The notes: generated by a model not told the origin, from the letters alone. Positions 1-10,720 are shown, counted from the stretch's first letter. The stretch: DNA of 53,328 bases from an uncultured Gammaproteobacteria bacterium (GCA_965230895.1 OZ246394.1:778627-831954); one strand, 5' to 3'. Translations and numbers: made by a program.

Positions 1-513
1 TTTCCCTTTATGGACAGAACCCAAAGACTCGCAATTATCTTCAACCAGAATAATTTTCTTTTCGTCACAAATTTTCTTAACCTTTTCTAAATCATCACAA
101 AAACCAAGCAGATTTGTCAGAAATAACATTTTTATATTATTTTTTTCTAAACTTTCTATTAATTTATCACTTGAAACATTTAAGGTATCTATCTCAACAT
201 CGATTGGCACAGCTTCTAAACCTAACTGAATCAATGGCATAACATTTGTAGACCAGGTAAGTGCTGAAAACCCAACTTTGTCTCCAATCTTTATCTTTCC
301 AAGATTAAGTAAGGCTTGGATTATAGCTAAGTTTGCAGAGCTTCCACTATTGAGGAAAATACAATGCTTACGACCTTGCCATTTAGCAAACTTTCTTTCA
401 AATTTTTCGCATTCAGGTCCGAAACTGAGGATATCTGTGTTTTTAATAAAAGCTTCTAGTTCTTTTTTTGTTTGTTTTTCGTTATGAAATGTAGATTTGA
501 TTAGCCTAATCAT
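1..513 (-). CDS. DegT/DnrJ/EryC1/StrS-family PLP-dependent sugar aminotransferase, N-terminal 171 codons (3' end runs off window)
   Basis: Absent from the ORF track because it is open at the window edge. My translation from ATG 513-511 reads MIRLIKSTFHNEKQTKKELEAFIKNTDILSFGPECEKFERKFAKWQG..FLNSGSSANLAIIQAL..LTWSTNVMPLIQLG..VEDNCESLGS, the typical N-terminal pattern of this family. Confidence 0.65.
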   Translation of the reverse strand, partial: MIRLIKSTFHNEKQTKKELEAFIKNTDILSFGPECEKFERKFAKWQGRKHCIFLNSGSSANLAIIQALLNLGKIKIGDKVGFSALTWSTNVMPLIQLGLEAVPIDVEIDTLNVSSDKLIESLEKNNIKMLFLTNLLGFCDDLEKVKKICDEKKIILVEDNCESLGSVHKGK

Positions 514-596
514 ACAAGTAATTTAATCAATATAAAATATTTTACTTGTTTTGTAAAGCAATAAAACACAACAACACTTTCTCAATACAAGTTATT

Positions 597-1406
597 TCAA
601 CTTTTCCTTACATTAATATTTGGATCAGTGGCGGTAATATCTTTCTGATGCTTTGTATAGTAATGAACAATGTGAAGTCTATAAAATACTGTAACGGTCT
701 CCCATAACATCATTATGATAATCTTCCATAGCCTCCGAGAAGATATTGTTGATGCTCCAGTTTTAAAATCAATTTCTACTGGGGCTTCATATATTCTTGT
801 ATATCCGAGTGCATATGCAACAGCAAGAATTTCAATATCAAATGCATATGTTTTTACTAATAATCTTGGTAGCACTGCTTTTATAACATCGCGTTTAAAA
901 AATTTTAAGCCAACCTGTGTATCTCTGACTTTAAAACCAAATAACATTCTTGTGAAGAATCGATATCCCCATGATAAAATTTTCCTGTAGAATGGATAAT
1001 TGACTTTCGAAGCTGAATGCAGCTTAGAGCCAACAATGACATCCGCGTTATACCATTGCATATGGTTAAGTAACATCGAAAATCCGATTGGATCTATGTC
1101 CATTCCTGCATCAATAAATCCGACTACATCACCTTTTGCGTGAATCATTCCATATCGTATAGCATGACCTTTCCCTTGGTTTTCTTTATATGCGAGTACT
1201 TTTACGTTTGAAGATTTTGCTTTTAATGCATTTTCGTAAGTGTTATCTGAGATTCCATCAACAACAACAATAAGTTCATAGTTTATTTCTAAAGCATTTA
1301 GCGCTTTCATTATATTCTTAATATCTTGAGTAATTGTTTTTTCTTGCTTGTACGCGGGGACTACTACTGAGAGAAGTTTTATACCAAAATTACTTTTTTG
1401 TTGCAT
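597..1406 (-). CDS. GT2 glycosyltransferase, polyprenyl-phosphate (DPM1/GtrB-like) type with C-terminal TM segment
   Basis: LSVVVPAYKQE..VVVDGISDNT..NQGKGHAIRYG..GFIDAGMD (DxD-type), with a hydrophobic C-terminus WKIIIMMLWETVTVFY. Confidence 0.8.
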   Translation of the reverse strand: MQQKSNFGIKLLSVVVPAYKQEKTITQDIKNIMKALNALEINYELIVVVDGISDNTYENALKAKSSNVKVLAYKENQGKGHAIRYGMIHAKGDVVGFIDAGMDIDPIGFSMLLNHMQWYNADVIVGSKLHSASKVNYPFYRKILSWGYRFFTRMLFGFKVRDTQVGLKFFKRDVIKAVLPRLLVKTYAFDIEILAVAYALGYTRIYEAPVEIDFKTGASTISSRRLWKIIIMMLWETVTVFYRLHIVHYYTKHQKDITATDPNINVRKS

Positions 1407-2646
1407 GGGGATAGTATAACAAAAGACCTAAAACAAGTAAAAGCACTATAACAAAAGAAATCATCACTATTTGATGAAAGCTATCATGGAATAAGTAGAT
1501 GAGCACTCCTTGCAATAACGCTGCAAGCAATATGGGAATATAAACTATTGTCTTTTTTATCGATAGATAAAAATTAACTATAATAGCAAGGACACAATAG
1601 ATAGACACAAAAAGCCCAAATAAACCGAGGAGCGGAGCAAGGCTTAAGTATTCAACCTTTTTAAGGAAAAATAAAATAGTAAAGTTAGGGAAAAGAAAAT
1701 AAAACAAAGTGAGAAGCAGAGAAAAACTTAGAACTAAGATCAACGATAGAATAAATGTACTGGTGAAATTCTCATTTTTACTATGCTTTTGTACAATGAG
1801 TGGAAACATTACTGAACTTATCGGAGACGAAATATAAAAAATAACTTTCGCAACAAGAGCAACGCCTGCATAAACACCTGCTTGTTCGGGATTAAATAAA
1901 TGTTTTACCAATAGCAAGTCTGTAGATAGAAGCGAAGTTAATCCAAAAAATGCCAGTGCGGAAGGAACTCCATATGAGTATAATTCCTTGGTATCTATAT
2001 GCGGTGTTTTCAAACTCTTTTCAAAAATTGTTCGAAGCGGATAGAATCCCAGGAGATAGAATGCAAAGACTGTAACAAAAAGTGCAATGACAGCTCCACC
2101 TACGGCATATCCTAGGTATACTAAGACAATACCGATTAACAACTTTAGTATTGCTGTAACAATGTTAAGGACAACTTGAGAAGTAAATGCTAATTTTGCT
2201 TGAAGAAAAGCAATATTTATTACCGATAATAAATTAAAGAAAATTGTTGCCGCCGCAATAGCCAAAAGAGATTCATCCTTAATATGAAAAAATGCGCCGA
2301 CTTGTTCAACATAGATAAATAGTAGTGCGGTAACAACTGCTCCTACAATTAATAAAGGTTTTACTATCTTTAAATATAAACCCTTCACCATAGCAAGTTG
2401 ATTTTTTGCAAAATATGTTCCAGCAAACCGTACGACCATAGGAATCAATGCTGTTCCAACTAAAGCTGGATATCCTACCAATGTTGTAATACTTGCAAGG
2501 ATGCCATAATCAGCAACCGACAAATTACGACTCATAAAAAGGTTGAAAAGAAAATTAAAGAAATTTGCACCGACATTACCAACAACTACGATTGTGCTTC
2601 CATAAATGAGGGGATGTTTAATAAGTTTTAATGCCTTTTCTTTCAT
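1390..2646 (-). CDS. Wzx-like polysaccharide flippase (polytopic membrane protein)
   Basis: 418 aa, about 12 hydrophobic helices. The N-terminus (IKHPLIYGSTIVVVGNVGANFFNFLFNLFMSRNLS..DYG) is typical of the polysaccharide-biosynthesis/MOP flippase family. Sits in a glycan operon. Confidence 0.7.
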   Translation of the reverse strand: MKEKALKLIKHPLIYGSTIVVVGNVGANFFNFLFNLFMSRNLSVADYGILASITTLVGYPALVGTALIPMVVRFAGTYFAKNQLAMVKGLYLKIVKPLLIVGAVVTALLFIYVEQVGAFFHIKDESLLAIAAATIFFNLLSVINIAFLQAKLAFTSQVVLNIVTAILKLLIGIVLVYLGYAVGGAVIALFVTVFAFYLLGFYPLRTIFEKSLKTPHIDTKELYSYGVPSALAFFGLTSLLSTDLLLVKHLFNPEQAGVYAGVALVAKVIFYISSPISSVMFPLIVQKHSKNENFTSTFILSLILVLSFSLLLTLFYFLFPNFTILFFLKKVEYLSLAPLLGLFGLFVSIYCVLAIIVNFYLSIKKTIVYIPILLAALLQGVLIYLFHDSFHQIVMISFVIVLLLVLGLLLYYPHATKK

Positions 2647-2647
2647 A

Positions 2648-3688
2648 CTATTTTAAAACACTATTATATACTGCAATAGTCTGCTCTGCTGTCTTTTTCC
2701 AATTAAACTTTTCCGCCTGTTTCAAACTTTTTTTTGAAAGTTCTTTCTGAAGGTTTTTATCGTAAAATACTTTTTCTAATCCAGAAGCAATATTATCGAT
2801 GTCATTTTTATCGACATAATACGCAGCATCTCCTGCGACTTCGGGAAGAGATCCTTCTTCTGTTGTAACGACTGGGCAGCCAGATTGCATTGCTTCTACA
2901 ACAGGTAATCCGAACCCTTCATAGATTGATGGCATCACAAAAACAGTTGCATTATTATAAAGGACGACCAAATCTTCTGTTGGTACAAAACCTAAGATAT
3001 AAATATTTGAATCGTCAGCAGCAAGTTGCTGTACCTCGACAAGATCTCTATTCCATAGATTTGTTCTATCAAAATCTTTTTGTGCTAAACTTTTACCTAC
3101 CATTACAAGCGGTAAATCTTTCTGCTTAACTGCTTTGACAAAATTAGGTAAATTCTTATTCCACGTTACATCTCCAACATACAGTACAAACTTTTCTGGA
3201 AGAGAATATTTATGAATGACCTTTTCTGTCAGCTTATTTATCTGCTTAAATTCCTCACCTGCTGCTAAATAAGTAACGGATACTTTCTTCTCTGGGATTT
3301 TGATGATTTCTACAATATCTTTTTTAGAAGAATTCGAATCGGTAATTATGGCATCTACTTTTTTAAGATTCATTTTTTGCATTTGCCAACGTAGTCCACC
3401 TTTTACTCCAACAGGAAAATGTTCCGGGAAAATAATTGGAGTCAGATCATGTACTGTCACAATCGTTTTATACTTTTTTATTAATGGTAGCGATAAGAAG
3501 AATGGATCAAAATACGGATAGTGGACTATATCGATAGATCCATCTAACTCTTTCTCGTTTGTAAAATATATATATTCGTGTTCGGGGTAATATTTTTGGA
3601 GAGAATTTTTGAGGTGTTCAAGATAGAAGCCAACGCCTCGTATCTTATGTCCTGTATGTAAAGGGGATACATCTAATGCAACTCTCAT
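2648..3688 (-). CDS. GT4 (GT-B fold) glycosyltransferase
   Basis: C-terminal EGFGLPVVEAMQSGCPVVTT motif (EX7E region) and an N-terminal hexose-acceptor domain. Confidence 0.85.
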   Translation of the reverse strand: MRVALDVSPLHTGHKIRGVGFYLEHLKNSLQKYYPEHEYIYFTNEKELDGSIDIVHYPYFDPFFLSLPLIKKYKTIVTVHDLTPIIFPEHFPVGVKGGLRWQMQKMNLKKVDAIITDSNSSKKDIVEIIKIPEKKVSVTYLAAGEEFKQINKLTEKVIHKYSLPEKFVLYVGDVTWNKNLPNFVKAVKQKDLPLVMVGKSLAQKDFDRTNLWNRDLVEVQQLAADDSNIYILGFVPTEDLVVLYNNATVFVMPSIYEGFGLPVVEAMQSGCPVVTTEEGSLPEVAGDAAYYVDKNDIDNIASGLEKVFYDKNLQKELSKKSLKQAEKFNWKKTAEQTIAVYNSVLK

Positions 3689-3706
3689 CTTTCATTACAA
3701 TTCTAC

Positions 3707-4687
3707 TTAACTCTTCAGCTTTTTGTGCCATTCCCATGCTGTTTTAACAATTGTCTCAAGATCTGAATATTTCGGACTAAATCCAAGTTCTGATTTGATT
3801 TTAGTTGCATCGGCTATCAACTGATCAGGATCCCCTGGTCTCTTCTCTACAATTTCTGTTGGGATATCTTTACCGCTAACTTTTTTAACCATCTCAACTA
3901 TCTCTTTATTTGAAAATCCGCTCCCCGTTCCAACATTGTAATACGCCGCACCTCCTGACTTCCAAAGCTTTTCAAGAGACAACATATGAGCTTCACAGAG
4001 ATCTAGGACATGTATATAATCTCTAACGCATGTTCCATCAGGAGTATTATATGTATCTCCAAATAGTTTAAACGTCCGATCTTCCAAAGCAGCTAGAATG
4101 ACATTTGGAATAATATGCGTTTCAGGATCATGACGCTCACCAATACTTGTATCAGTTGATGCTCCTGAGGCATTAAAATAGCGGAGTACAACAAAATTTA
4201 GATCATACATCCTGTGGTACCATTGTAATATCTTCTCTACCATCAATTTGCTTTCACCATATGGACTTTCCGGGTTCTTTGGATGATCTTCATCAATTGG
4301 GAGTTTCGTAGGATTTCCATATACTGCTGCTGTTGACGAGAAAATGAAATTGTTAATATTCTTTTTCTTCATCGCTTCGAGAACATTTAGTGCACCATCA
4401 ATATTGTTCTCAAAATATTTGTTTGGGTGTTGCATTGACTCACCGACTGCAATATAGGCTGCGAAATGGATTACGCCATCAAACTTATGTTCAGAAAAGA
4501 TTTGGGAAACAAAAGATTTTTCCAGTAAGTTCCCTTGGTAAAATGTAGCGCGTGGATCTAATGCATCATGAAAACCCTTCTCAAGACTATCAGCCACTAC
4601 CACTTCGTGTCCGTGTTCAAGAAGAACTTTTACCATGTGGCTACCGATATAGCCGGCTCCACCAGTTACGAGTATTTTCATAGGCAT
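3707..4687 (-). CDS. galE: UDP-glucose 4-epimerase
   Basis: MKILVTGGAGYIGSH Rossmann motif, catalytic SPYGESK (YxxxK), and DGTCVRDYIHV. Confidence 0.9.
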   Translation of the reverse strand: MPMKILVTGGAGYIGSHMVKVLLEHGHEVVVADSLEKGFHDALDPRATFYQGNLLEKSFVSQIFSEHKFDGVIHFAAYIAVGESMQHPNKYFENNIDGALNVLEAMKKKNINNFIFSSTAAVYGNPTKLPIDEDHPKNPESPYGESKLMVEKILQWYHRMYDLNFVVLRYFNASGASTDTSIGERHDPETHIIPNVILAALEDRTFKLFGDTYNTPDGTCVRDYIHVLDLCEAHMLSLEKLWKSGGAAYYNVGTGSGFSNKEIVEMVKKVSGKDIPTEIVEKRPGDPDQLIADATKIKSELGFSPKYSDLETIVKTAWEWHKKLKS

Positions 4688-4738
4688 CTGTATTCTAGCA
4701 AAAACTCAGTCCAAAAGGCTACCTAATTCATGAATTTA

Positions 4739-5608
4739 TTATTTGCCTTTTTTTGAGCGCATGTAGGCTCGAGGAAAACGAAGGGCAGAAAACAGAGAAA
4801 AGATAAATCCTTGATACCCATCTAAAAATCCTTTATGACGGATATAAGTAAGCAAAAACCAATTCGCGGGTTTTAAAAATAGATAATTGAAAGACGATAT
4901 TAGGCTTTTGTTATGACCTTTCTCTCCGAGATCTTTCGCTATTAAATCTATATACCGACTATTTCTTTGCAAATATCGTGCGAATGTTGGTGAATCAACA
5001 TGGTACAGATCATTTTCTAACCAACCTACTCGTCCATCAACAACCATTTGCTCATGAACGTCCTTACAAGGAAGATATGCTTTGTTTTTACGTATTAATC
5101 GTATAACACCATCCGGGTATACTCCACCAAATCGCAAATATCTTCCTAGGAAATAGTTAAGTCGAGGTATAAAAAAAGCAGCATAAGGTCCAGTTACCGT
5201 ACCTATTCTGCCGTCTCTTTTCTCCAATAATTCTTGATGTCGAAGAAATAATGTGCGTTTTGGAAGAGACTTTTGATATTCTTCAATTTCCTCATCAGTC
5301 ATTTCAGAAATTTTTACTATTTCAGATCCAAGTTCAGGGCTTACTCTCTCGTCAGCATCTAATTGGAGAATCCATTCAAATTTTGCCATATCGATAGCTT
5401 TTTGTTTATTAATATGAAAAATTGGGGGATTGTCGGTGACAACAATTCTTGCATCAAAATTCTTTGCAAGAGAAACTGTCTTGTCTGAAGACGAACCATC
5501 AACAATAATGATCTCGTCCGCAAAGCTTTTTACAGAATCTAAACATGCTTTTATATTCTTCTCTTCGTTATATGTAGCGAGTACTACGGATATTTTGCCT
5601 TTACTCAT
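4739..5608 (-). CDS. GT2 glycosyltransferase (WaaE/KdtX-like architecture)
   Basis: Start moved to MSKGKISVVLATYNEE (ATG 5608-5606, 8-nt overlap with the upstream stop). DGSSSDKT, LDADE motif, C-terminal YHV..F..YLQRNSRY helix domain. Confidence 0.75.
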   Translation of the reverse strand: MSKGKISVVLATYNEEKNIKACLDSVKSFADEIIIVDGSSSDKTVSLAKNFDARIVVTDNPPIFHINKQKAIDMAKFEWILQLDADERVSPELGSEIVKISEMTDEEIEEYQKSLPKRTLFLRHQELLEKRDGRIGTVTGPYAAFFIPRLNYFLGRYLRFGGVYPDGVIRLIRKNKAYLPCKDVHEQMVVDGRVGWLENDLYHVDSPTFARYLQRNSRYIDLIAKDLGEKGHNKSLISSFNYLFLKPANWFLLTYIRHKGFLDGYQGFIFSLFSALRFPRAYMRSKKGK

Positions 5609-7241
5609 ATTTATAAATTGCTGTGGCAGTTTCACCATTCGCATAATTGAATTGCTTCATTTTTTGTCCTTTAGATATATTTTCATTACCAACAGTTATA
5701 TAAAGATCTCCACTTTTTAACTGCTCAATACAATCTCCGAAATAGGCATTGTCTATTGTATAACATTTTTCACTTATACGGGCAGACCCGCCACTATTTA
5801 TGTATTTTTGAGGATCATACTGTTTATAAAATAGATAGAATATATATGGCTGTTCAAAACTTTTTGAGAAAATAACTTTATGACTATCTTGAGGGAGGAA
5901 TTCAATTGCTTCTTTGTAGCCATATTGCCAATCTTTTTGATGATCAGTATTTGTATGTACAAAATATTGATGGAGATAGTACACAAAATTGAACAGGAAT
6001 AATCCAACAAAGACAGAAAGAACAAGTTTAAGCAACCAACGCTTTCTAATCATTTGTATTAAAAAGAGTACGCCTGCCGCTTCAAAGATGTGCCATGTTG
6101 GCAAGAATATCAAACTACGCAATGAGTGCGGTGCTTCAAAAGTAAGTGCTGAAGCAATTGGCGCTATTAGAAACCATACAAATAACGGCCATGCTATAGA
6201 AAAATGTCTTGAAAGGAGAAAGTAGATTCCTAAAAGAAGTAGTGGCAAAGTTGCCAAATAAAGCAATCCAAATCCAGGTGCATGATGACGTTTTACTTCA
6301 TCTCCATGTACATAAATCCATAATGGATTGAAATGTGAAAGATAATTAGTAATTAATGTTTGTGCATAAACAATTCTTCTATTGTGAAATAATGCGCCGA
6401 GTGAATCTCCGTTGCTCTGATCTGTTTGCATTTGTTTAATAGGTGAATCAAGGAGCTGCGTTTGCTGATTAGCAAAGAATACACCTTGTCCTCGAGCAAC
6501 GCTATTGGTATTGAAAAGCCATAGTGAGCTCATTAGAACAAAAAAGAAAATAAGTATTGTTGTAAATACTTTTCGTTTTTTTAAATAGGTCCATCCATAA
6601 ATGAGCAAAGCGATAAATATGAAAGGAATTGTGACCTTTTGACTAATATATGTATATGAACTTAATGAAATCAAGAAAGCAGATAAAAAGAAATACCACG
6701 GCTTTTTTACAAATAGCCCTCTGAGGAACAACCATGCACCACTGATGACAAGAAATAAAGAAACATTCGCTTCAAATGCTCCCCTGCTAAATTGAATTGA
6801 CCAGGGAGAGATGGCAAAGAAAAACATTGAAAGCAGTGCTAACTCTGTTGTATATTTATATTTTCTAAATAATTCCAAAACGAATAAGAAAACAAAAACT
6901 ATACTGGCTGTTCCAAAAAATGCGGACGGGAAGCGCACTGCAAAAGGAGTTGGACCAAATATTGCAACAGCAGCTGTATCAAGGTACATATACACTGGTT
7001 GTTTATAATCTCCAAATGCTCGGAACGTAGCAGGTAAACTTTCTCCATATTCGTCTTTCCCTGTGTGCAGTAATGAATAGGCATTGTAGCCAAATGATAC
7101 TTCGTCCCAATCAAGAGAATTTGGAATTGCACCCAATTGATAGAAACGTAGAACAGCGCCTAAAAAAAGAATTACGAAGAATAAAAGTAAGAATAATTTT
7201 CTATTGAGTTTCATAAATCCAGAATATCTCTTCCTTTCCAA
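5601..7241 (-). CDS. GT-C fold membrane glycosyltransferase (ArnT/PMT_2-like)
   Basis: Polytopic. First-loop motif DWDEVSFGYNAYSLLHTGKDEYGESLP..FGDYKQPVYMY. Paralog of 7201-8856. Confidence 0.75.
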   Translation of the reverse strand: MERKRYSGFMKLNRKLFLLLFFVILFLGAVLRFYQLGAIPNSLDWDEVSFGYNAYSLLHTGKDEYGESLPATFRAFGDYKQPVYMYLDTAAVAIFGPTPFAVRFPSAFFGTASIVFVFLFVLELFRKYKYTTELALLSMFFFAISPWSIQFSRGAFEANVSLFLVISGAWLFLRGLFVKKPWYFFLSAFLISLSSYTYISQKVTIPFIFIALLIYGWTYLKKRKVFTTILIFFFVLMSSLWLFNTNSVARGQGVFFANQQTQLLDSPIKQMQTDQSNGDSLGALFHNRRIVYAQTLITNYLSHFNPLWIYVHGDEVKRHHAPGFGLLYLATLPLLLLGIYFLLSRHFSIAWPLFVWFLIAPIASALTFEAPHSLRSLIFLPTWHIFEAAGVLFLIQMIRKRWLLKLVLSVFVGLFLFNFVYYLHQYFVHTNTDHQKDWQYGYKEAIEFLPQDSHKVIFSKSFEQPYIFYLFYKQYDPQKYINSGGSARISEKCYTIDNAYFGDCIEQLKSGDLYITVGNENISKGQKMKQFNYANGETATAIYKYE

Positions 7242-8856
7242 TTATAATCTTTTTTATCCTATTTGTATCTATATTTCTGAATTGGAAATCATCCGGGTAT
7301 CCAATGATAGATACATTTTTCTCTTTAAAAGCGCTGTCAGGTGTACTAAAGATGTATTTATCAAATCGTTCAATTTGACCGAAACCATACTCGTCAGCGG
7401 CAGTCAAGAGAGCCTGTTTCTGATATTTTTCTGGTGGATACTGTAAGTAGAAAAGAAGAAAAATATACGGCTCACCATTCTTCTGCGTTATATAAAACTT
7501 ACTTTTATTGTTGTTATCCTTAATATATTTAGTTACTTCTGCATATCCACATTGCCAAGCGCGAATATTTGTTGGACGTTTTGGATAGTGATTAAAGTAA
7601 AAATCCCATGAATAAAATAGAAAGATAAATTCTGCAACAATTAATAAAGAGACGACTGGGAAGAGTAATTTATTCTTACGTGCTTTCTTTAGGACATGAT
7701 AGACCCCATAAGAGATTACACAAATTAAAGGTACTATAAGAAAGAGTGTTCTGGTGAGTGATTCACCATTCCAAGAAAGCGCAGCGGCCAATGGTGAAAC
7801 AAGAACAATACTTAGTAGAAAGTATCTCCATCGTTGTTTATTTTTAAATAAATAGTAGAACCCGATGACTATGAATATATATTCCACAAGAGTCATCGGA
7901 GACAATGATTTGTATCCAAATCGGAGGTTGCTATCTCCATTAAGTGCAAGAAATTGCGGAGAAAAATATGTAACTTCGTTCGTAAGAATATCTCTGACTC
8001 CAACCGTTAATTTATTGTAGAATATCTGAGATCCACCCTCATTACGCAGTTCAATAATTTTTAGTTTAAAGCCAAGATTATTAAATAAGAGTAAATTCTC
8101 AACTCTTGTAGGCTTGTATATAAAGTCTGCAATGGAACCAATAGCAATTGTAACGACGATAAGCCCAATTACCAAAAGCTTACTTTTAAGCTTTTTCTTG
8201 TAGATAAAATACCCAAAAGCAAAAACAAGGAAAAAGATAGCAAAAAGTCTACTCGATTGGTACGCAAAAAGTGAAAGCAACAAACTACCACTGAAAAATA
8301 AAGCATCTCTTAAATATTCTCGCTTAATGAACTTTATAAAGAAATACGAGCTCAAACTAATTAAAAATGCTGCTAGTAGCGCTTCATGTGCGTGCCTGCC
8401 AACAATACCTTTTGCAACAGAGACACTAACGAGTAAAGCACCAATTGCAGCGATCTCATTTTTTTCAAATAGCTCTTTTATCAGGAAATACACTACAAAT
8501 GGGAAAAGCAATGAAATGAAAATATTTAAAGATCGAACACCTACTTCATTTAAACCAAGCGTTGCAATAAATGGAACTGAAAGGTAAGAATATAATGGCA
8601 TTTTATAGTCACCAAACGACTTGAGTCTTACCGGTAACGTATTTCCGTATTCGTCAGCGCCTGTTTTTAATAGAGAATATGCATTGTATCCAAAAGCCGC
8701 TTCATCAGCATTAATACAAGGAGGTGATTCATTAAATTTAAATAAAGAGAAGAACAGAGATAAACAAAGAGAGATACATAATAGAAAAAGTACTGACTTT
8801 TTTGTAGAGATACGGTCAAGTATTGAACTAGATGGTCGAGACATCTTCTTTTTCAT
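7201..8856 (-). CDS. GT-C fold membrane glycosyltransferase (ArnT/PMT_2-like), tandem paralog
   Basis: NADEAAFGYNAYSLLKTGADEYGNTLP..FGDYKMPLYSY. The C-terminal soluble domain is alignable to 5601-7241 (EPYIFLLFYLQYPPEKY vs QPYIFYLFYKQYDPQKY). Confidence 0.75.
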   Translation of the reverse strand: MKKKMSRPSSSILDRISTKKSVLFLLCISLCLSLFFSLFKFNESPPCINADEAAFGYNAYSLLKTGADEYGNTLPVRLKSFGDYKMPLYSYLSVPFIATLGLNEVGVRSLNIFISLLFPFVVYFLIKELFEKNEIAAIGALLVSVSVAKGIVGRHAHEALLAAFLISLSSYFFIKFIKREYLRDALFFSGSLLLSLFAYQSSRLFAIFFLVFAFGYFIYKKKLKSKLLVIGLIVVTIAIGSIADFIYKPTRVENLLLFNNLGFKLKIIELRNEGGSQIFYNKLTVGVRDILTNEVTYFSPQFLALNGDSNLRFGYKSLSPMTLVEYIFIVIGFYYLFKNKQRWRYFLLSIVLVSPLAAALSWNGESLTRTLFLIVPLICVISYGVYHVLKKARKNKLLFPVVSLLIVAEFIFLFYSWDFYFNHYPKRPTNIRAWQCGYAEVTKYIKDNNNKSKFYITQKNGEPYIFLLFYLQYPPEKYQKQALLTAADEYGFGQIERFDKYIFSTPDSAFKEKNVSIIGYPDDFQFRNIDTNRIKKIIIGKEEIFWIYETQ

Positions 8857-8876
8857 GTATATGTTCTCTATTAATA

Positions 8877-9593
8877 CTAATTAATAAAACGATATTTTAC
8901 TAGGGTCCAAACAGCTTTCACACCATCTCGGACTGTATTTAATTTTTTGCCTTCTTCATAGCCTCGAGGATTTGTGGAAATAGGCACTTCTTTTATTTTA
9001 TGCCCTTGCTTAAGGAGTTTTGCGGTAATCTCTGGTTCTAGCTCAAATCCTCTTGCTTTTAAAGTAATATTTTTTAGCGCTTTTTTAGGAAAAAGTTTAT
9101 AACAACATTCCATGTCAGTTAACCAATTCCCAAAGAATACACTGGTAATAAGACTTAATGCCTTATTACCCATATAATGAGCAAAAAAGCGCAGAGTTCT
9201 CTCATCTTTTGAAAAATCCGGCATTCGATTTAAACGGGTTCCATAAACAACTTGTGCATCTCCACTCGCAACGAGTGCTATCAGTTTTTTAATATCTTGA
9301 GGATCATATTCTAAGTCTGCGTCTTGAATAATTATGTAGCTGCCTTTTGCTTTTTTAATTCCTGTTCTTACTGCAGCTCCTTTTCCTTGATTTAGTTTAT
9401 GATGAATTATTTTATAATTTGATTTTGTACTTCTAATTTTTGAAAGGGCTTTTGCGGTCCCATCAGTTGATCCATCGTTTACAATAATTATTTCTTTAGT
9501 TTTTACTGGAAGTTTTACTGCAAATACTTTTCGGACAACTTGGGCAATAGTTTTTTCTTCATTGAAAACAGGGATTATAATTGTTAGGTCCAT
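8877..9593 (-). CDS. GT2 polyprenyl-phosphate glycosyltransferase (DPM1-like)
   Basis: LTIIIPVFNEE..VNDGSTDGT..NQGKGAAVRTG..IIIQDADLEYDP. Confidence 0.8.
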   Translation of the reverse strand: MDLTIIIPVFNEEKTIAQVVRKVFAVKLPVKTKEIIIVNDGSTDGTAKALSKIRSTKSNYKIIHHKLNQGKGAAVRTGIKKAKGSYIIIQDADLEYDPQDIKKLIALVASGDAQVVYGTRLNRMPDFSKDERTLRFFAHYMGNKALSLITSVFFGNWLTDMECCYKLFPKKALKNITLKARGFELEPEITAKLLKQGHKIKEVPISTNPRGYEEGKKLNTVRDGVKAVWTLVKYRFIN

Positions 9594-9640
9594 TAGCGAA
9601 TTATACTTTTGACAATTGTATCATTGATAAGACAATAACT

Positions 9641-10720
9641 CTAGATGTTTCCTTGAAGAATAGTATTAAGACTTTTACAAAAAGATTCAGCGCTAAAATC
9701 CAATGCTCTTTTTTCAGCATTTTCAGACAATTTTTTTCGTAGTTTTTCGTTCTTTATAAGTTTTAACGTTTTCTCTTTAAATTCCGCTTTTGAATTCCAC
9801 AATAATCCGCTTAATCCATCAGTAACAATCTCCGTTTGTCCCCCAGCATTAATAACAACTGGAACCGATCCTGAACCCATTGCTTCAACAGTTGATATTC
9901 CAAAATGTTCAGCAAGCTCAGGCTTTTTCTGTAGATCTTCACCAAAACCAGATGCATGCCAATAAATTTTTGATCTATGATAAATTTCAAAAAGTTTTTC
10001 ATTGGAAATATTGATGAGAAATTTAATTGGATAACCTGTAGCTTCTTTTTGTAGCGTGTCAAACGACTCTTCATCTTCTTTACGTACACCAGCGGCAATA
10101 ATAAATTCCCAACCTTTCAAACCATCATTAATCAATTCTTTAAAAGTATTTACCATAAAATGTTGCTTCTTATAGTCATCCTTAATACCTTCAATTTCTC
10201 TATATCTCCCAACATGTATAATCATATTTTCTTTTGATGTCTTTTTATTATGAAGCTTCACTGGCGGGTACAAGATAGCATCTCTTATGTTTGGGAAAAG
10301 TTTTTTATTATATTGCTTAGTAAAGTTTGAATTATAAAATACTCCTGCAATTCTTTGTCGTTTAAATTGTGATAGTATGCTATTTGGTTCTATTGCTTCA
10401 AGAGGTTGTTGTATATGCAAAAATAGCTTCGATGAAAGTGTTAGAGGGATACTACCATCGCTTAAAACTATAATAACATCGAATTGATGTGTTGCTTTAA
10501 GACGCTGCCATTGGCTTACAGTAGTAGAGAAAATATTTGTATGAAGTTTCACTTTATCAAGATTTAAAGAGAATCTTTTTGCAACAGCCTCTAAATCTTC
10601 CTTTGAATCCCAAAATACAAAAACTTCATTTTCAGAGGCTAAACATGATGCGATAGACATCATGTACTTCTCACCACCACCAAGATCATCAAGATACGGA
10701 TCGTAAATACCTATTCTCAT
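9641..10720 (-). CDS. GT4 (GT-B fold) glycosyltransferase
   Basis: EHFGISTVEAMGSGSVPVVINAGGQTEIV motif. Confidence 0.8.
   Translation of the reverse strand: MRIGIYDPYLDDLGGGEKYMMSIASCLASENEVFVFWDSKEDLEAVAKRFSLNLDKVKLHTNIFSTTVSQWQRLKATHQFDVIIVLSDGSIPLTLSSKLFLHIQQPLEAIEPNSILSQFKRQRIAGVFYNSNFTKQYNKKLFPNIRDAILYPPVKLHNKKTSKENMIIHVGRYREIEGIKDDYKKQHFMVNTFKELINDGLKGWEFIIAAGVRKEDEESFDTLQKEATGYPIKFLINISNEKLFEIYHRSKIYWHASGFGEDLQKKPELAEHFGISTVEAMGSGSVPVVINAGGQTEIVTDGLSGLLWNSKAEFKEKTLKLIKNEKLRKKLSENAEKRALDFSAESFCKSLNTILQGNI

Noticed and set aside
513-596. CAAGTAA..21 nt..TTACTTG inverted repeat between the GT2 gene and the aminotransferase gene.
   Set aside because: A 7-bp AT-rich stem with a large loop is too weak to call a terminator or operator.
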